From Patescibacteria group bacterium (GTDB lineage Bacteria; Patescibacteriota; Kazan-3B-28), in the NCBI GenBank assembly GCA_041389145.1, contig JAWKSK010000003.1, positions 128 to 64,127 on the forward strand: a stretch of 64,000 nt of DNA, given 5' to 3'. The position numbers and the translations under genes were made by a program. This document shows, piece by piece, positions 39,027 to 46,952 of the stretch (within the stretch, counting starts at the first letter, position 1; the number at the start of each line of letters is the position of its first letter). The notes below the pieces were generated by a model. The model did not search any database. It had not been told where the DNA came from and was given only the letters and a program-made list of their open reading frames with translations.

Positions 39027-39479
39027 TTAGGACAGTTCTGGGAACCAGAGAGCGATTTCCTGAGCGGCAGTTTCAGGAGCATCGGAAGCGTGGACGAGGT
39101 TGTAAACTGCACGTCCTTCTTCGTCGGCTTTGGCATATGTATCATCGGAAAGATCGCCACGGATAGTGCCTGGATCGGCGGAAATTGGTTCGGTTGCACC
39201 AACGATGCGACGTACTTCAGCGATAGCATTTTCGCCTTCAATGATGAGGGCTTCGACGGGACCGGATGACATCATGGCCACCATTTTGTTTTGTATATCA
39301 GCGCCCTTACGTGCACCAAGGTCGTCGTAATGAGTGAGGGCAAATTCAGCATCTACCTGTATGTCCTTTTGGGCAACGATGGACAAGCCGGTAGCGGTAA
39401 GGCGATTCTTAATATCGTCTTGAAGGTTACGTTCTACACCGTCTGGTTTAATGACTACTAATGTTTTTTCTACTGCCAT
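39027..39479 (-). CDS. ndk: Nucleoside diphosphate kinase
   Basis: EKTLVVIKPDGVERNL, GATEP, TIRGD and NLVHASD (active-site His). Confidence 0.9.
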   Translation of the reverse strand: MAVEKTLVVIKPDGVERNLQDDIKNRLTATGLSIVAQKDIQVDAEFALTHYDDLGARKGADIQNKMVAMMSSGPVEALIIEGENAIAEVRRIVGATEPISADPGTIRGDLSDDTYAKADEEGRAVYNLVHASDAPETAAQEIALWFPELS

Positions 39480-39481
39480 AG

Positions 39482-40759
39482 TTAGTTGGTTAGTTCCTTA
39501 TAACTTTCTTTGATTTTACCAGATATGGTCTTTGGTCCCACTACTGTAAGGGTGAGAGGTGAGGCTGTAAAGAACTTCTTGGCTAATCTTTGGATATCCT
39601 GAGGCTTAACGGCCTTAAGCTGGCGTTTAACGGTATCTGGGGTGGTGACTTCACCATAGAGTAGCCATTTAAGGCCCAGATAATAGGCTATTTCGTCCGA
39701 AACCTCCAAAGATAGGGTAAGATTGCCAATTCGTTGTTCTTGGGCCTTCTTGAGCTCAATAATGGATACTCCGTTAGCTGCGATCTCACGAAGTTCTTTC
39801 ATAATCTGGTGGATTGCCAAATCTACTCTGGTTTTGTCGACACCTGCCTGAATAACGAAGTAACCTGTATCGGTATAGGTTTGATGACCAGCTCCAACGT
39901 AATAGGCAAGGGACAACTCTTCTCTAATGCTGGTGAATAGTCTGGAACTCATGCCGCCACCCAGGATAGTTCCAAGCAATGAGGCTGCATATCTGTCTTG
40001 ATGACTTCCACCAAAGGTTTTGGTACCGATTAGAAGGTGGGCCTGTTCTGTATCCTTAACCACGTGCTTGAATGAACCAGTGTTGGTTGCTTTATGAGGT
40101 AGTGGTTGATTAAGTTCTGTGGATGGCTGGTATGGGAGGTATTTGGCGATGAGCTTTTTGACCTTAGCCGTGGTGATATTACCAGCTACTGCTACGACTG
40201 TGTTGGTGGAGGAGTAGAATTGGGATTGGTAGTTACGAAGGTCCTGGCTGGTGAAGGATTTGATGTTTTTAGGTGTGCCAATAATATCCCAACCAAGTGG
40301 ATGATCTCCAAAGATTTGATGTGAGAAGGCTTCGGAGGCAAGGTGTCTTGGGTCATCTAGATACATTTTGAGCTCTTCTAGGATGACGCCTTTTTCCCGA
40401 TCCAAAGCGTCTTGGCTGAGTTGGGCATGGAACAGCATGTCCGAAAGAACGTCGAAAGCAGTTTCGACTTTGTGACTTGCTACTTTGACGTAGTAGCCAA
40501 CTACTTCATTACCGGTAAAGGCATTGAAGGAACCCCCAATACTTTCGATGGCTTCCGCAACCGAACGAGGGGTAGGGTATTTATCACCGCCTTTGAAAAA
40601 CATGTGCTCTAGAACGTGGGCAATTCCATTGGTGGATTTGGTTTCATAACGTGAACCGGCCCGAACCAAAATCATTACCGTAACCGAATCGGTGGCGGTA
40701 GTAGGGGAGACTAAAACTCTTAACCCGTTGGAAAGAGTGGTTTTGTTTACTTTGATCAT
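39482..40759 (-). CDS. M16 family zinc peptidase (pitrilysin-like)
   Basis: GIAHVLEHMFFKG (HxxEH). The start was moved to MIKVNKTTLSNGLRV at 40759. The ORF-track 5' extension to 41032 is low-complexity and overlaps an independent small gene. Confidence 0.8.
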   Translation of the reverse strand: MIKVNKTTLSNGLRVLVSPTTATDSVTVMILVRAGSRYETKSTNGIAHVLEHMFFKGGDKYPTPRSVAEAIESIGGSFNAFTGNEVVGYYVKVASHKVETAFDVLSDMLFHAQLSQDALDREKGVILEELKMYLDDPRHLASEAFSHQIFGDHPLGWDIIGTPKNIKSFTSQDLRNYQSQFYSSTNTVVAVAGNITTAKVKKLIAKYLPYQPSTELNQPLPHKATNTGSFKHVVKDTEQAHLLIGTKTFGGSHQDRYAASLLGTILGGGMSSRLFTSIREELSLAYYVGAGHQTYTDTGYFVIQAGVDKTRVDLAIHQIMKELREIAANGVSIIELKKAQEQRIGNLTLSLEVSDEIAYYLGLKWLLYGEVTTPDTVKRQLKAVKPQDIQRLAKKFFTASPLTLTVVGPKTISGKIKESYKELTN

Positions 40760-40786
40760 ACAAACAGAATAGCTGAAATGATGCTT

Positions 40787-40830
40787 AAAATGAAAACTCC
40801 CGGATTCTTGGCCTAAGCCTTGAATCCGGG
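40787..40830 (-). terminator. Intrinsic terminator of the small gene
   Basis: Minus strand reads CCCGGATTC-loop-GAATCCGGG followed by AGTTTTCATTTT. Confidence 0.6.
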
Positions 40831-40850
40831 AAGTTGGTGGAGCAGGTAGA

Positions 40851-41009
40851 CTAGGGATTGATCTCGAAGTTGAGGTCAACCCAGCCATTGTCTGCTGTGC
40901 AGGTGATCGGGGGCTTCGTGTTATCTTCCGCCAGATCATGGCTGAAGTAGGTGACGATGCCCATGAAGGCACTGAGAATGAAACCGATAACGTAAGCAGA
41001 AGCAGACAT
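40851..41009 (-). CDS. Unannotated 52-aa small membrane protein
   Basis: MSASAYVIGFILSAFMGIVTYFSHDLAEDNTKPPITCTADNGWVDLNFEINP. GGAG lies 7 nt before the ATG and the gene has its own terminator. 51% GC (counted). Below the ORF-track cut-off. Confidence 0.5.
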   Translation of the reverse strand: MSASAYVIGFILSAFMGIVTYFSHDLAEDNTKPPITCTADNGWVDLNFEINP

Positions 41010-41189
41010 TGAATAGCTCCGAAGGTGCACAATTATAGGCTTGAATTTAGAGGAAAAACCATTAACCTCTAGGCCCTAATTGGACAATTGAATTTAGGGT
41101 TTAAACCTAATTTAACTGTCATATAATTATAGCAAAAAAACCGCTCCCAGTCAAGGTTTTTCTGGTATTCTACACCTATAGAGTGGTAT

Positions 41190-41771
41190 TTATATGAGGT
41201 AGCGGAAAATGGGGTAAATTGTCGAATTATCGACCTTTTCAGGGGTTAAATGAGAGAACGGAAAACGAGCAGATAGAATGCGAGTTCCAGGCTTACATTC
41301 GGCCTTAATTTTAGCCAATAATTTATTGTTTAGTTTAGTGCTTAGATTGAGCACTATTACGTCGGCTCCACCGAGATTTACGTTGAAAAAGTTATCCTGC
41401 CGAATGGTAATTTTGTCTTCAAGCCCCAATAGTTTTACCTGCTGGCGACCACGAAAGTAGGGGAGAACTGCGACTTCAATACCATAACCCTGCGCTCCAT
41501 AACGCATGACGGCGGTGATGAGATTTCTAGCATCTCCGCAGCCTAGATCGTAGACCATTTCACCCGGTTTGATTTCGGCTAGTTCCATCATTTTATTGGA
41601 TACCTCTTCTTCTAATGGGACGAAGTAGGCGCCTCCAGTTGCAGATTGGAGGGCAGAGGCAAAGTTGGAAACAAGCCAAACCAGGGCTGCGAATGAGCCA
41701 ATGGTGATGATGAACAGAATAGTGGTTGCGATAATCATTGATTCCATTGTGACATGTGGGGACGGATACAA
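41190..41771 (-). CDS. Class I SAM-dependent methyltransferase with an N-terminal TM anchor
   Basis: VYDLGCGDARNLITAV (motif I) and ADVIVLNL. N-terminal helix IIATTILFIITIGSFAALVWLV. Confidence 0.7.
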   Translation of the reverse strand: MYPSPHVTMESMIIATTILFIITIGSFAALVWLVSNFASALQSATGGAYFVPLEEEVSNKMMELAEIKPGEMVYDLGCGDARNLITAVMRYGAQGYGIEVAVLPYFRGRQQVKLLGLEDKITIRQDNFFNVNLGGADVIVLNLSTKLNNKLLAKIKAECKPGTRILSARFPFSHLTPEKVDNSTIYPIFRYLI

Positions 41772-41822
41772 TAAAGCTCGGAATTTTGCATCCGAGCTTT
41801 ATTGTTAACTTACTGTTTACGG

Positions 41823-43373
41823 TTACTTGGCAATGCCTTCGGCACGGGTTTCACGAATAACATTTACCTTCACTTGACCTGGGTAGGTCATTTCTTTTTC
41901 GATTTGTTTGGCAACGTTTTGTGCAAGACGAGCAGCTTCGAGATCGTCGATCTTGTCTGGTTCAACCATAATACGCACCTCGCGACCTGCCTGGATGGCA
42001 AAAGCCTTACCTACACCTTCGTAGCTGGTGGCGATACGTTCAAGATCTTCTAAGCGTCTGACGAAACTTTCTGCAGATTCACGTCTAGCTCCAGGACGGG
42101 CAGCAGAGATAGCATCAGCAGCCATGACTAAGAAGTCGACAATACTGGTTGGTCCACCGAATCCTTCATGGGAAACTTCAAGTGCGTGAATAACTTCTTT
42201 TGGAAGTCCGTATTTAACGGCGATATCCCGAGAAAGTTCGATGTGGCTACCTTCGTATTCATGGTCTAGTGCTTTACCGATGTCATGAAGTAGGGTAGCA
42301 AGCTTGATGAGACGTAAGTCTTTGTATCCCATTTGGGCTGCCATAGTGGCTGCAATGTGAGCAGCTTCAACAGAGTGCTTTAAAACGTTTTGGCCGTAGC
42401 TGGTTCTAAAGTTTAAGCGACCAATAATTTTAACAAGGTCAGGGTGGAGACCGGTAAGACCAAGTTCCAAGACGGCATCTTCACCGGCTTTTTTGATTTC
42501 AGCTGCGATTTCTTTTTCTGCTTTTTCAACAAGCTCTTCAATTCTGGATGGCTGAATACGGCCATCTTTAACCAAACGTTCGAGAGCACGCTTAGCAACA
42601 TGACGACGAAGTGGATCGAAACCAGAGATGATAACCATTCCAGGCGTGTCGTCGATAATGAGGTCTACACCAGTAGCTTTTTCAAAGGCTTGGATGTTGC
42701 GTCCTTCTTTACCAATAACCCTTCCTTTAAGTTCATCGGTACCGATGTTAACGGCAAAGGTGGTGTTTTCGGTTGCTACTTCTGCTGCATAGCGTTGGAT
42801 AGCTTCGGCAATAATATCGCGGGCTTTATCTTCTGCAGATTCTTTAGCATCTGACTCAATTGATTTCATTAAAGCTAATACTTCGTCCTTGTATTCTTTT
42901 TCTAGACGAGTGAATAGCTGAGACTTTGCCTCTTCTTTGCTAAGAGAAGCTACTGCTTCCAGCTTGGCAATTTGGTTATCTTTAATCTTTAAGATCTCTG
43001 TGCGGATTTCTTGAATCTCTTTGTCTTTAGCGATGATGGCTTCTTTTTGGGCATCGATATCATCGAGCTTTTTAGAAAGCTGTTCATCTTTGGCTAAGAA
43101 TCTTTTTTCAAGATCTAGTAGTTCTGAACGACGCTGTTTTTCTTCTGTCTCCGCCTTTTCACGAATCTTACTAGCTTCTTCCTTGGCTTGTAGAACGATA
43201 CCCTTGGCTTCCTGTTCGCTGGAAGCTAGTTTGTCTTTAGCCTGTCCCAAGATGCGATTGGCATCTGCTTCAGCGTTGGCAATCTTCTGACCATTTAAGA
43301 AGGTTCGGCCAAAATACCCAACGATACCCCCGATGAGTAAGGCAACAATACTGCCCATGATTAAACCTGACAT
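41823..43373 (-). CDS. rny: Ribonuclease Y
   Basis: N-terminal TM, a long coiled coil, a KH domain (GRVIGKEGRNIQAFE) and an HD domain (LLHDIGKA). 516 aa. Confidence 0.9.
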   Translation of the reverse strand: MSGLIMGSIVALLIGGIVGYFGRTFLNGQKIANAEADANRILGQAKDKLASSEQEAKGIVLQAKEEASKIREKAETEEKQRRSELLDLEKRFLAKDEQLSKKLDDIDAQKEAIIAKDKEIQEIRTEILKIKDNQIAKLEAVASLSKEEAKSQLFTRLEKEYKDEVLALMKSIESDAKESAEDKARDIIAEAIQRYAAEVATENTTFAVNIGTDELKGRVIGKEGRNIQAFEKATGVDLIIDDTPGMVIISGFDPLRRHVAKRALERLVKDGRIQPSRIEELVEKAEKEIAAEIKKAGEDAVLELGLTGLHPDLVKIIGRLNFRTSYGQNVLKHSVEAAHIAATMAAQMGYKDLRLIKLATLLHDIGKALDHEYEGSHIELSRDIAVKYGLPKEVIHALEVSHEGFGGPTSIVDFLVMAADAISAARPGARRESAESFVRRLEDLERIATSYEGVGKAFAIQAGREVRIMVEPDKIDDLEAARLAQNVAKQIEKEMTYPGQVKVNVIRETRAEGIAK

Positions 43374-43613
43374 TTGTACCTCCGTGAATGTCCCGGCTCA
43401 TGTTATAGGATAAGATCCCACTGGTATAAGTGGGTTATGTTTGTCTGATACTACTACTGATCCAGGTTGCAAACATTGTAATTCTTAAGCTAAATGACTT
43501 TTTCGTCCGTGAGTCGGGAAGTTATTAAGTATGGTGGCTGTTTCTTGGAAAACCTGCTTTCAGCCAGTAATATCTTATAAAATTTTAGGGTTAATTTCAA
43601 GGAAGAGAGTAGA

Positions 43614-45527
43614 GTGGTTATACTAAGATTAATGAAGTTAGGAAGATACGGATGGCTATTATGTTTATCATTGATTGCAGTTGTTGCAATTCAGATTCCA
43701 CGACCAACGGTACACGCAGATAGTCCACTAGTAATTATTTCAGAACTAGCATGGGCAGGAAGCAGTCTATCTTCACAGGATGAATGGATTGAACTTAGAA
43801 ATGTTGGTAGCACAGATGTAGATATCAGCAATTGGTCACTTACCAAAGACACTGGTAGTGAAAGTGCTATGGTTACAATTCCACTCGAAACAGTTTTGCC
43901 CTCCGGGGCATTTTTTGTAATTAGCAACTACGATAATGTCGAATCTGTAATAAACATTGAGCCGGATTTGGTCGATAACGCTGTAACTTTATCCAATTCA
44001 AAACTATTGATTCGGCTATATGACGCAGACGGTTTACTGCAAGACACCGCCGGAGATGGGGGAGTTCCACCAGCAGGTAATAATACGAGCAAAAGTTCAA
44101 TGGAACGAGACATAGACCTACTTGGTTGGCACGATGCTGCGATTGCAGTTAACTTAGATCCAGCAGTAAGTGATTTAGCAACTCCAGGAGCAGAGAACAG
44201 TAGCATATCTTTACCACCGACTGTTTCTACCGTAACACCGGTAACAGGTATCGCTGGTGAGCAGTTGGTGATTGAAGAAATTAATGGTGATAATTTCGAT
44301 ATTGATGGAGTCGTAATTAAGCTAGTTCAGAATGAACGTGAATTGGTTGCAAATGATGTATCAATCGCTAGTTCTACCTTGATCGATAATGCGGTATTCG
44401 ATATTGAAATAACTGACACTGGTGTTTGGAGTATAGAAGTTACAAATCCAGACGGTCAGTCTGGATACCTAGGGAGTGCGATCACAATTTCTGAACCAGA
44501 ACCAGAATGGGATTTGAATCCATTAGTAAGGCTGAATGAGCTTTATCCACGACCTGGTACTTCATCGAGTGATGAGTTTATAGAACTTATTAATCTATCA
44601 GATAAAACAGTAATCCTTGATGGATGGGAACTAGATGATGAAGTTGGCAGTGGCTCAGCAAGGTTCAAATTAGATGGTTTTTCATTACCTGCAAGAGGTT
44701 ATTTAACATTCTACAAAACACAATCCAAGATTACTTTGAACGATAGTGGTGATGAGGTTCATTTATTCTTACCAACCGGTGATGAATTAGATATAGTCGT
44801 ATATGAATCCGCACCCAAAGCGCAAAGTTGGGCTAAGAATACAAGCAATTGGGAGTGGACAACAACACCTACTGCAAATGGTAATAATATTTTCACGCAA
44901 CCAGAGATACAGGAATCAGAAATTGACGAAGAAGAGGAAGATTTACAAATTGAGCCTCGGATCAATCTTCTCCCAATCGGTTCAGTGGTAATAACTGAGC
45001 TGTATCCAGATCCCTTGGAGGGAGAGCAGGAATTCATTGAGCTACTGAACATATCTTCAAAGTCAGTTTCACTAGAAGGCGTGTTTATCGAGGATGCAGG
45101 TGGAAAACGGTATAAGTTTATGTCTGGTACGTTAAATCCTGATCAGAGGTTGGTAATTTACAGAGATACCTCAGGAATTGCTCTGAACAATACAGGGGGT
45201 GAGGAAATCAGTCTGTTAAATCCTGATGGTACCGTAATTAGTAAACTAAGTTACCCAGATAAGGCACCTATAAGTGCAGCATTTATCAGACTAGATAACA
45301 ATCAGGGAACATGGGTAAGTGTATCGACACCAGGAACCAAGAATCCTACTGATTTAATTGAAATTGAAAGAGAGGTAGGAGCATGGGTAGATAGTACTCA
45401 GGAAGAAAATTCCTTGCCCGTTACCGGAATACCTGGATTTTCTAGGTTAGGCCTGCTATTTTGGATACTACTCGTTATAATAAGCGGGTACAGTATCCAT
45501 GAAAGAGCAAATCACAAAAATAGTTAG
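43614..45527 (+). CDS. Secreted protein with three lamin-tail-domain (LTD) repeats and an LPXTG sorting signal
   Basis: LTD-like starts are VIISELAWAGS..DEWIELRNVG..ISNWSL, LNELYPRPG..DEFIELINLS..LDGWEL and VITELYPDP..QEFIELLNIS. The C-terminus is LPVTG plus a hydrophobic stretch plus HERANHK. The start is possibly the ATG at 43632. Confidence 0.7.
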   Translation: MVILRLMKLGRYGWLLCLSLIAVVAIQIPRPTVHADSPLVIISELAWAGSSLSSQDEWIELRNVGSTDVDISNWSLTKDTGSESAMVTIPLETVLPSGAFFVISNYDNVESVINIEPDLVDNAVTLSNSKLLIRLYDADGLLQDTAGDGGVPPAGNNTSKSSMERDIDLLGWHDAAIAVNLDPAVSDLATPGAENSSISLPPTVSTVTPVTGIAGEQLVIEEINGDNFDIDGVVIKLVQNERELVANDVSIASSTLIDNAVFDIEITDTGVWSIEVTNPDGQSGYLGSAITISEPEPEWDLNPLVRLNELYPRPGTSSSDEFIELINLSDKTVILDGWELDDEVGSGSARFKLDGFSLPARGYLTFYKTQSKITLNDSGDEVHLFLPTGDELDIVVYESAPKAQSWAKNTSNWEWTTTPTANGNNIFTQPEIQESEIDEEEEDLQIEPRINLLPIGSVVITELYPDPLEGEQEFIELLNISSKSVSLEGVFIEDAGGKRYKFMSGTLNPDQRLVIYRDTSGIALNNTGGEEISLLNPDGTVISKLSYPDKAPISAAFIRLDNNQGTWVSVSTPGTKNPTDLIEIEREVGAWVDSTQEENSLPVTGIPGFSRLGLLFWILLVIISGYSIHERANHKNS

Positions 45528-45948
45528 TAACTCAGCTAAACAGACCCAAGAAATTGGGCACCAGTTAGGGTTGAAGTTAAAGGGCAATGAAACCATCGCC
45601 TTAAGTGGAGAGCTGGGTGCTGGAAAGACGCACCTAGTGAAGGGCTTGGTGTCTGGTCTTGGCATTGAGGCTAATGTAGTCAGTCCAACCTTTGTATTGC
45701 AGAGAGTTTATAAAAAAGGGAATAAAATCCTCAACCATTTTGATGCATATCGGATTTCAGCAGATGAATTTGCAAATCTTGGGGTCTTAGACTGGATTGG
45801 TGAGAGCGTTAATGTAGTTGAATGGGGTGAAATTGTACGGGACGTACTCCCAACTGATACGATTTGGATAACAATGACGGTGCTAGATGAGAATAAAAGA
45901 GAGATTTTAATAAAAACAGATGAAGAGCACAGCTATCTCCCAAATTAG
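45499..45948 (+). CDS. tsaE: tRNA t6A37 biosynthesis ATPase TsaE
   Basis: LSGELGAGKTHLVKGL (P-loop), SPTF and HFDAYR. Confidence 0.85.
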   Translation: MKEQITKIVSNSAKQTQEIGHQLGLKLKGNETIALSGELGAGKTHLVKGLVSGLGIEANVVSPTFVLQRVYKKGNKILNHFDAYRISADEFANLGVLDWIGESVNVVEWGEIVRDVLPTDTIWITMTVLDENKREILIKTDEEHSYLPN

Positions 45949-46570
45949 GAACGACGTGCTAGCCATTTACACTGCGGATAAAACTCTGGCGGTGGCAATT
46001 AATGGCCGGGCTTTAATTTGGAAACAGGATCAACACTACAGTGATCATTTATTAGAAAATATCGATACATTACTTGCAGAAGTTAAAGTTAAACCAACTA
46101 ATGTTAAGGGGGTGGTGGTGGCAACTGGGCCTGGCTCGTTCACAGGACTTCGCGTTGGAGCCACCGTAGCTAATGGAATTGGGTATGCCAACAACATTGG
46201 TGTTGCTGGTGTAACATTGTTTGATTTAATTAAAAGTTCCCGTCCAGCTCCAAAACTAAATTGGGTGATACTGGACGCGGGGAGGGGAGAAGTGTTTGTC
46301 GCACATTCTAAAAAGTTGGAGTTGTTAAAAATCTCAGAGCTTAACGATCGAATTAAAACTGGAGATCGGGTGTATATCGATACCCCTGACTTAGTCGCTA
46401 AAGTGCATCCAGTAATTAAGAATGCTGGAACCATTGTGTTTGGTCCGGTGACAATGCAAGAGAAGCTAGATTTGATGGTAAAAACAAAAATACCTGCCAA
46501 GTACTGGCAAGTATTACCAACCTATCTTAGAGAGGCAAATATAACGCTTAAGAACCCATCAAAAACCTAA
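45920..46570 (+). CDS. tsaB: tRNA t6A37 biosynthesis protein TsaB
   Basis: ATGPGSFTGLRVGATVANGIGYA. 216 aa, overlapping tsaE by 29 nt. Confidence 0.8.
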   Translation: MKSTAISQIRNDVLAIYTADKTLAVAINGRALIWKQDQHYSDHLLENIDTLLAEVKVKPTNVKGVVVATGPGSFTGLRVGATVANGIGYANNIGVAGVTLFDLIKSSRPAPKLNWVILDAGRGEVFVAHSKKLELLKISELNDRIKTGDRVYIDTPDLVAKVHPVIKNAGTIVFGPVTMQEKLDLMVKTKIPAKYWQVLPTYLREANITLKNPSKT

Positions 46571-46934
46571 CTGGAGCATTAGGGTCAGTGGTTAGGGGTG
46601 AGGTATAGGGAAGTGGCTGTTGTGGAACTGTTGGCTGATAGGTTGGGGTGGTTGGGTAATAGTATTGTGGGGTAGGGTAGTAAACCGGCTGATAGTACTG
46701 AGGCTGGGTAATTTGGTTGGATTGAACCTGGGGTTGAGGCTGGGCCTGAACCTGAGTTTGAGTTGGTTGTTCTTGAATATGAACCTGAGCAGGTTGGTGG
46801 TTCATCCAGCTGTTAATCATGGGAGAGAACCAGATGGTTATGATTAAACCAACATTTGTCATCACCAAGACCCAGATTAATACCTGGTTAGAACTGGTGG
46901 TGTGAAAATGATTTTGGTTTTGAAAACGATACAT
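46548..46934 (-). CDS. Single-pass membrane protein with a Q/P/Y-rich low-complexity tail
   Basis: TM VLIWVLVMTNVGLIITIWF, then QPTQTQVQAQPQPQVQSNQITQPQYYQPVYYPTPQYYYPTTPTYQP. Starts 18 nt after the giant gene stop. Confidence 0.5.
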   Translation of the reverse strand: MYRFQNQNHFHTTSSNQVLIWVLVMTNVGLIITIWFSPMINSWMNHQPAQVHIQEQPTQTQVQAQPQPQVQSNQITQPQYYQPVYYPTPQYYYPTTPTYQPTVPQQPLPYTSPLTTDPNAPVRFLMGS

Positions 46935-46952
46935 ATTACCCCCAATATTCTG

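Noticed and set aside
40760-41032. A 91-codon N-terminal extension of the M16 peptidase ORF in the ORF track
   Set aside because: The sequence is low-complexity S/P/T-rich text with no family resemblance. The conserved peptidase N-terminus starts at the ATG at 40759. The region holds a complete small gene with its own RBS and terminator in another frame.
37034-41179. A 14-nt exact repeat TATTCTACACCTAT at 37034-37047 and 41166-41179, with a partial TTTCTACACCTAA at 37070
   Set aside because: Roughly 8-15 exact 14-mer coincidences are expected by chance in a window this size. No further flanking similarity was found.
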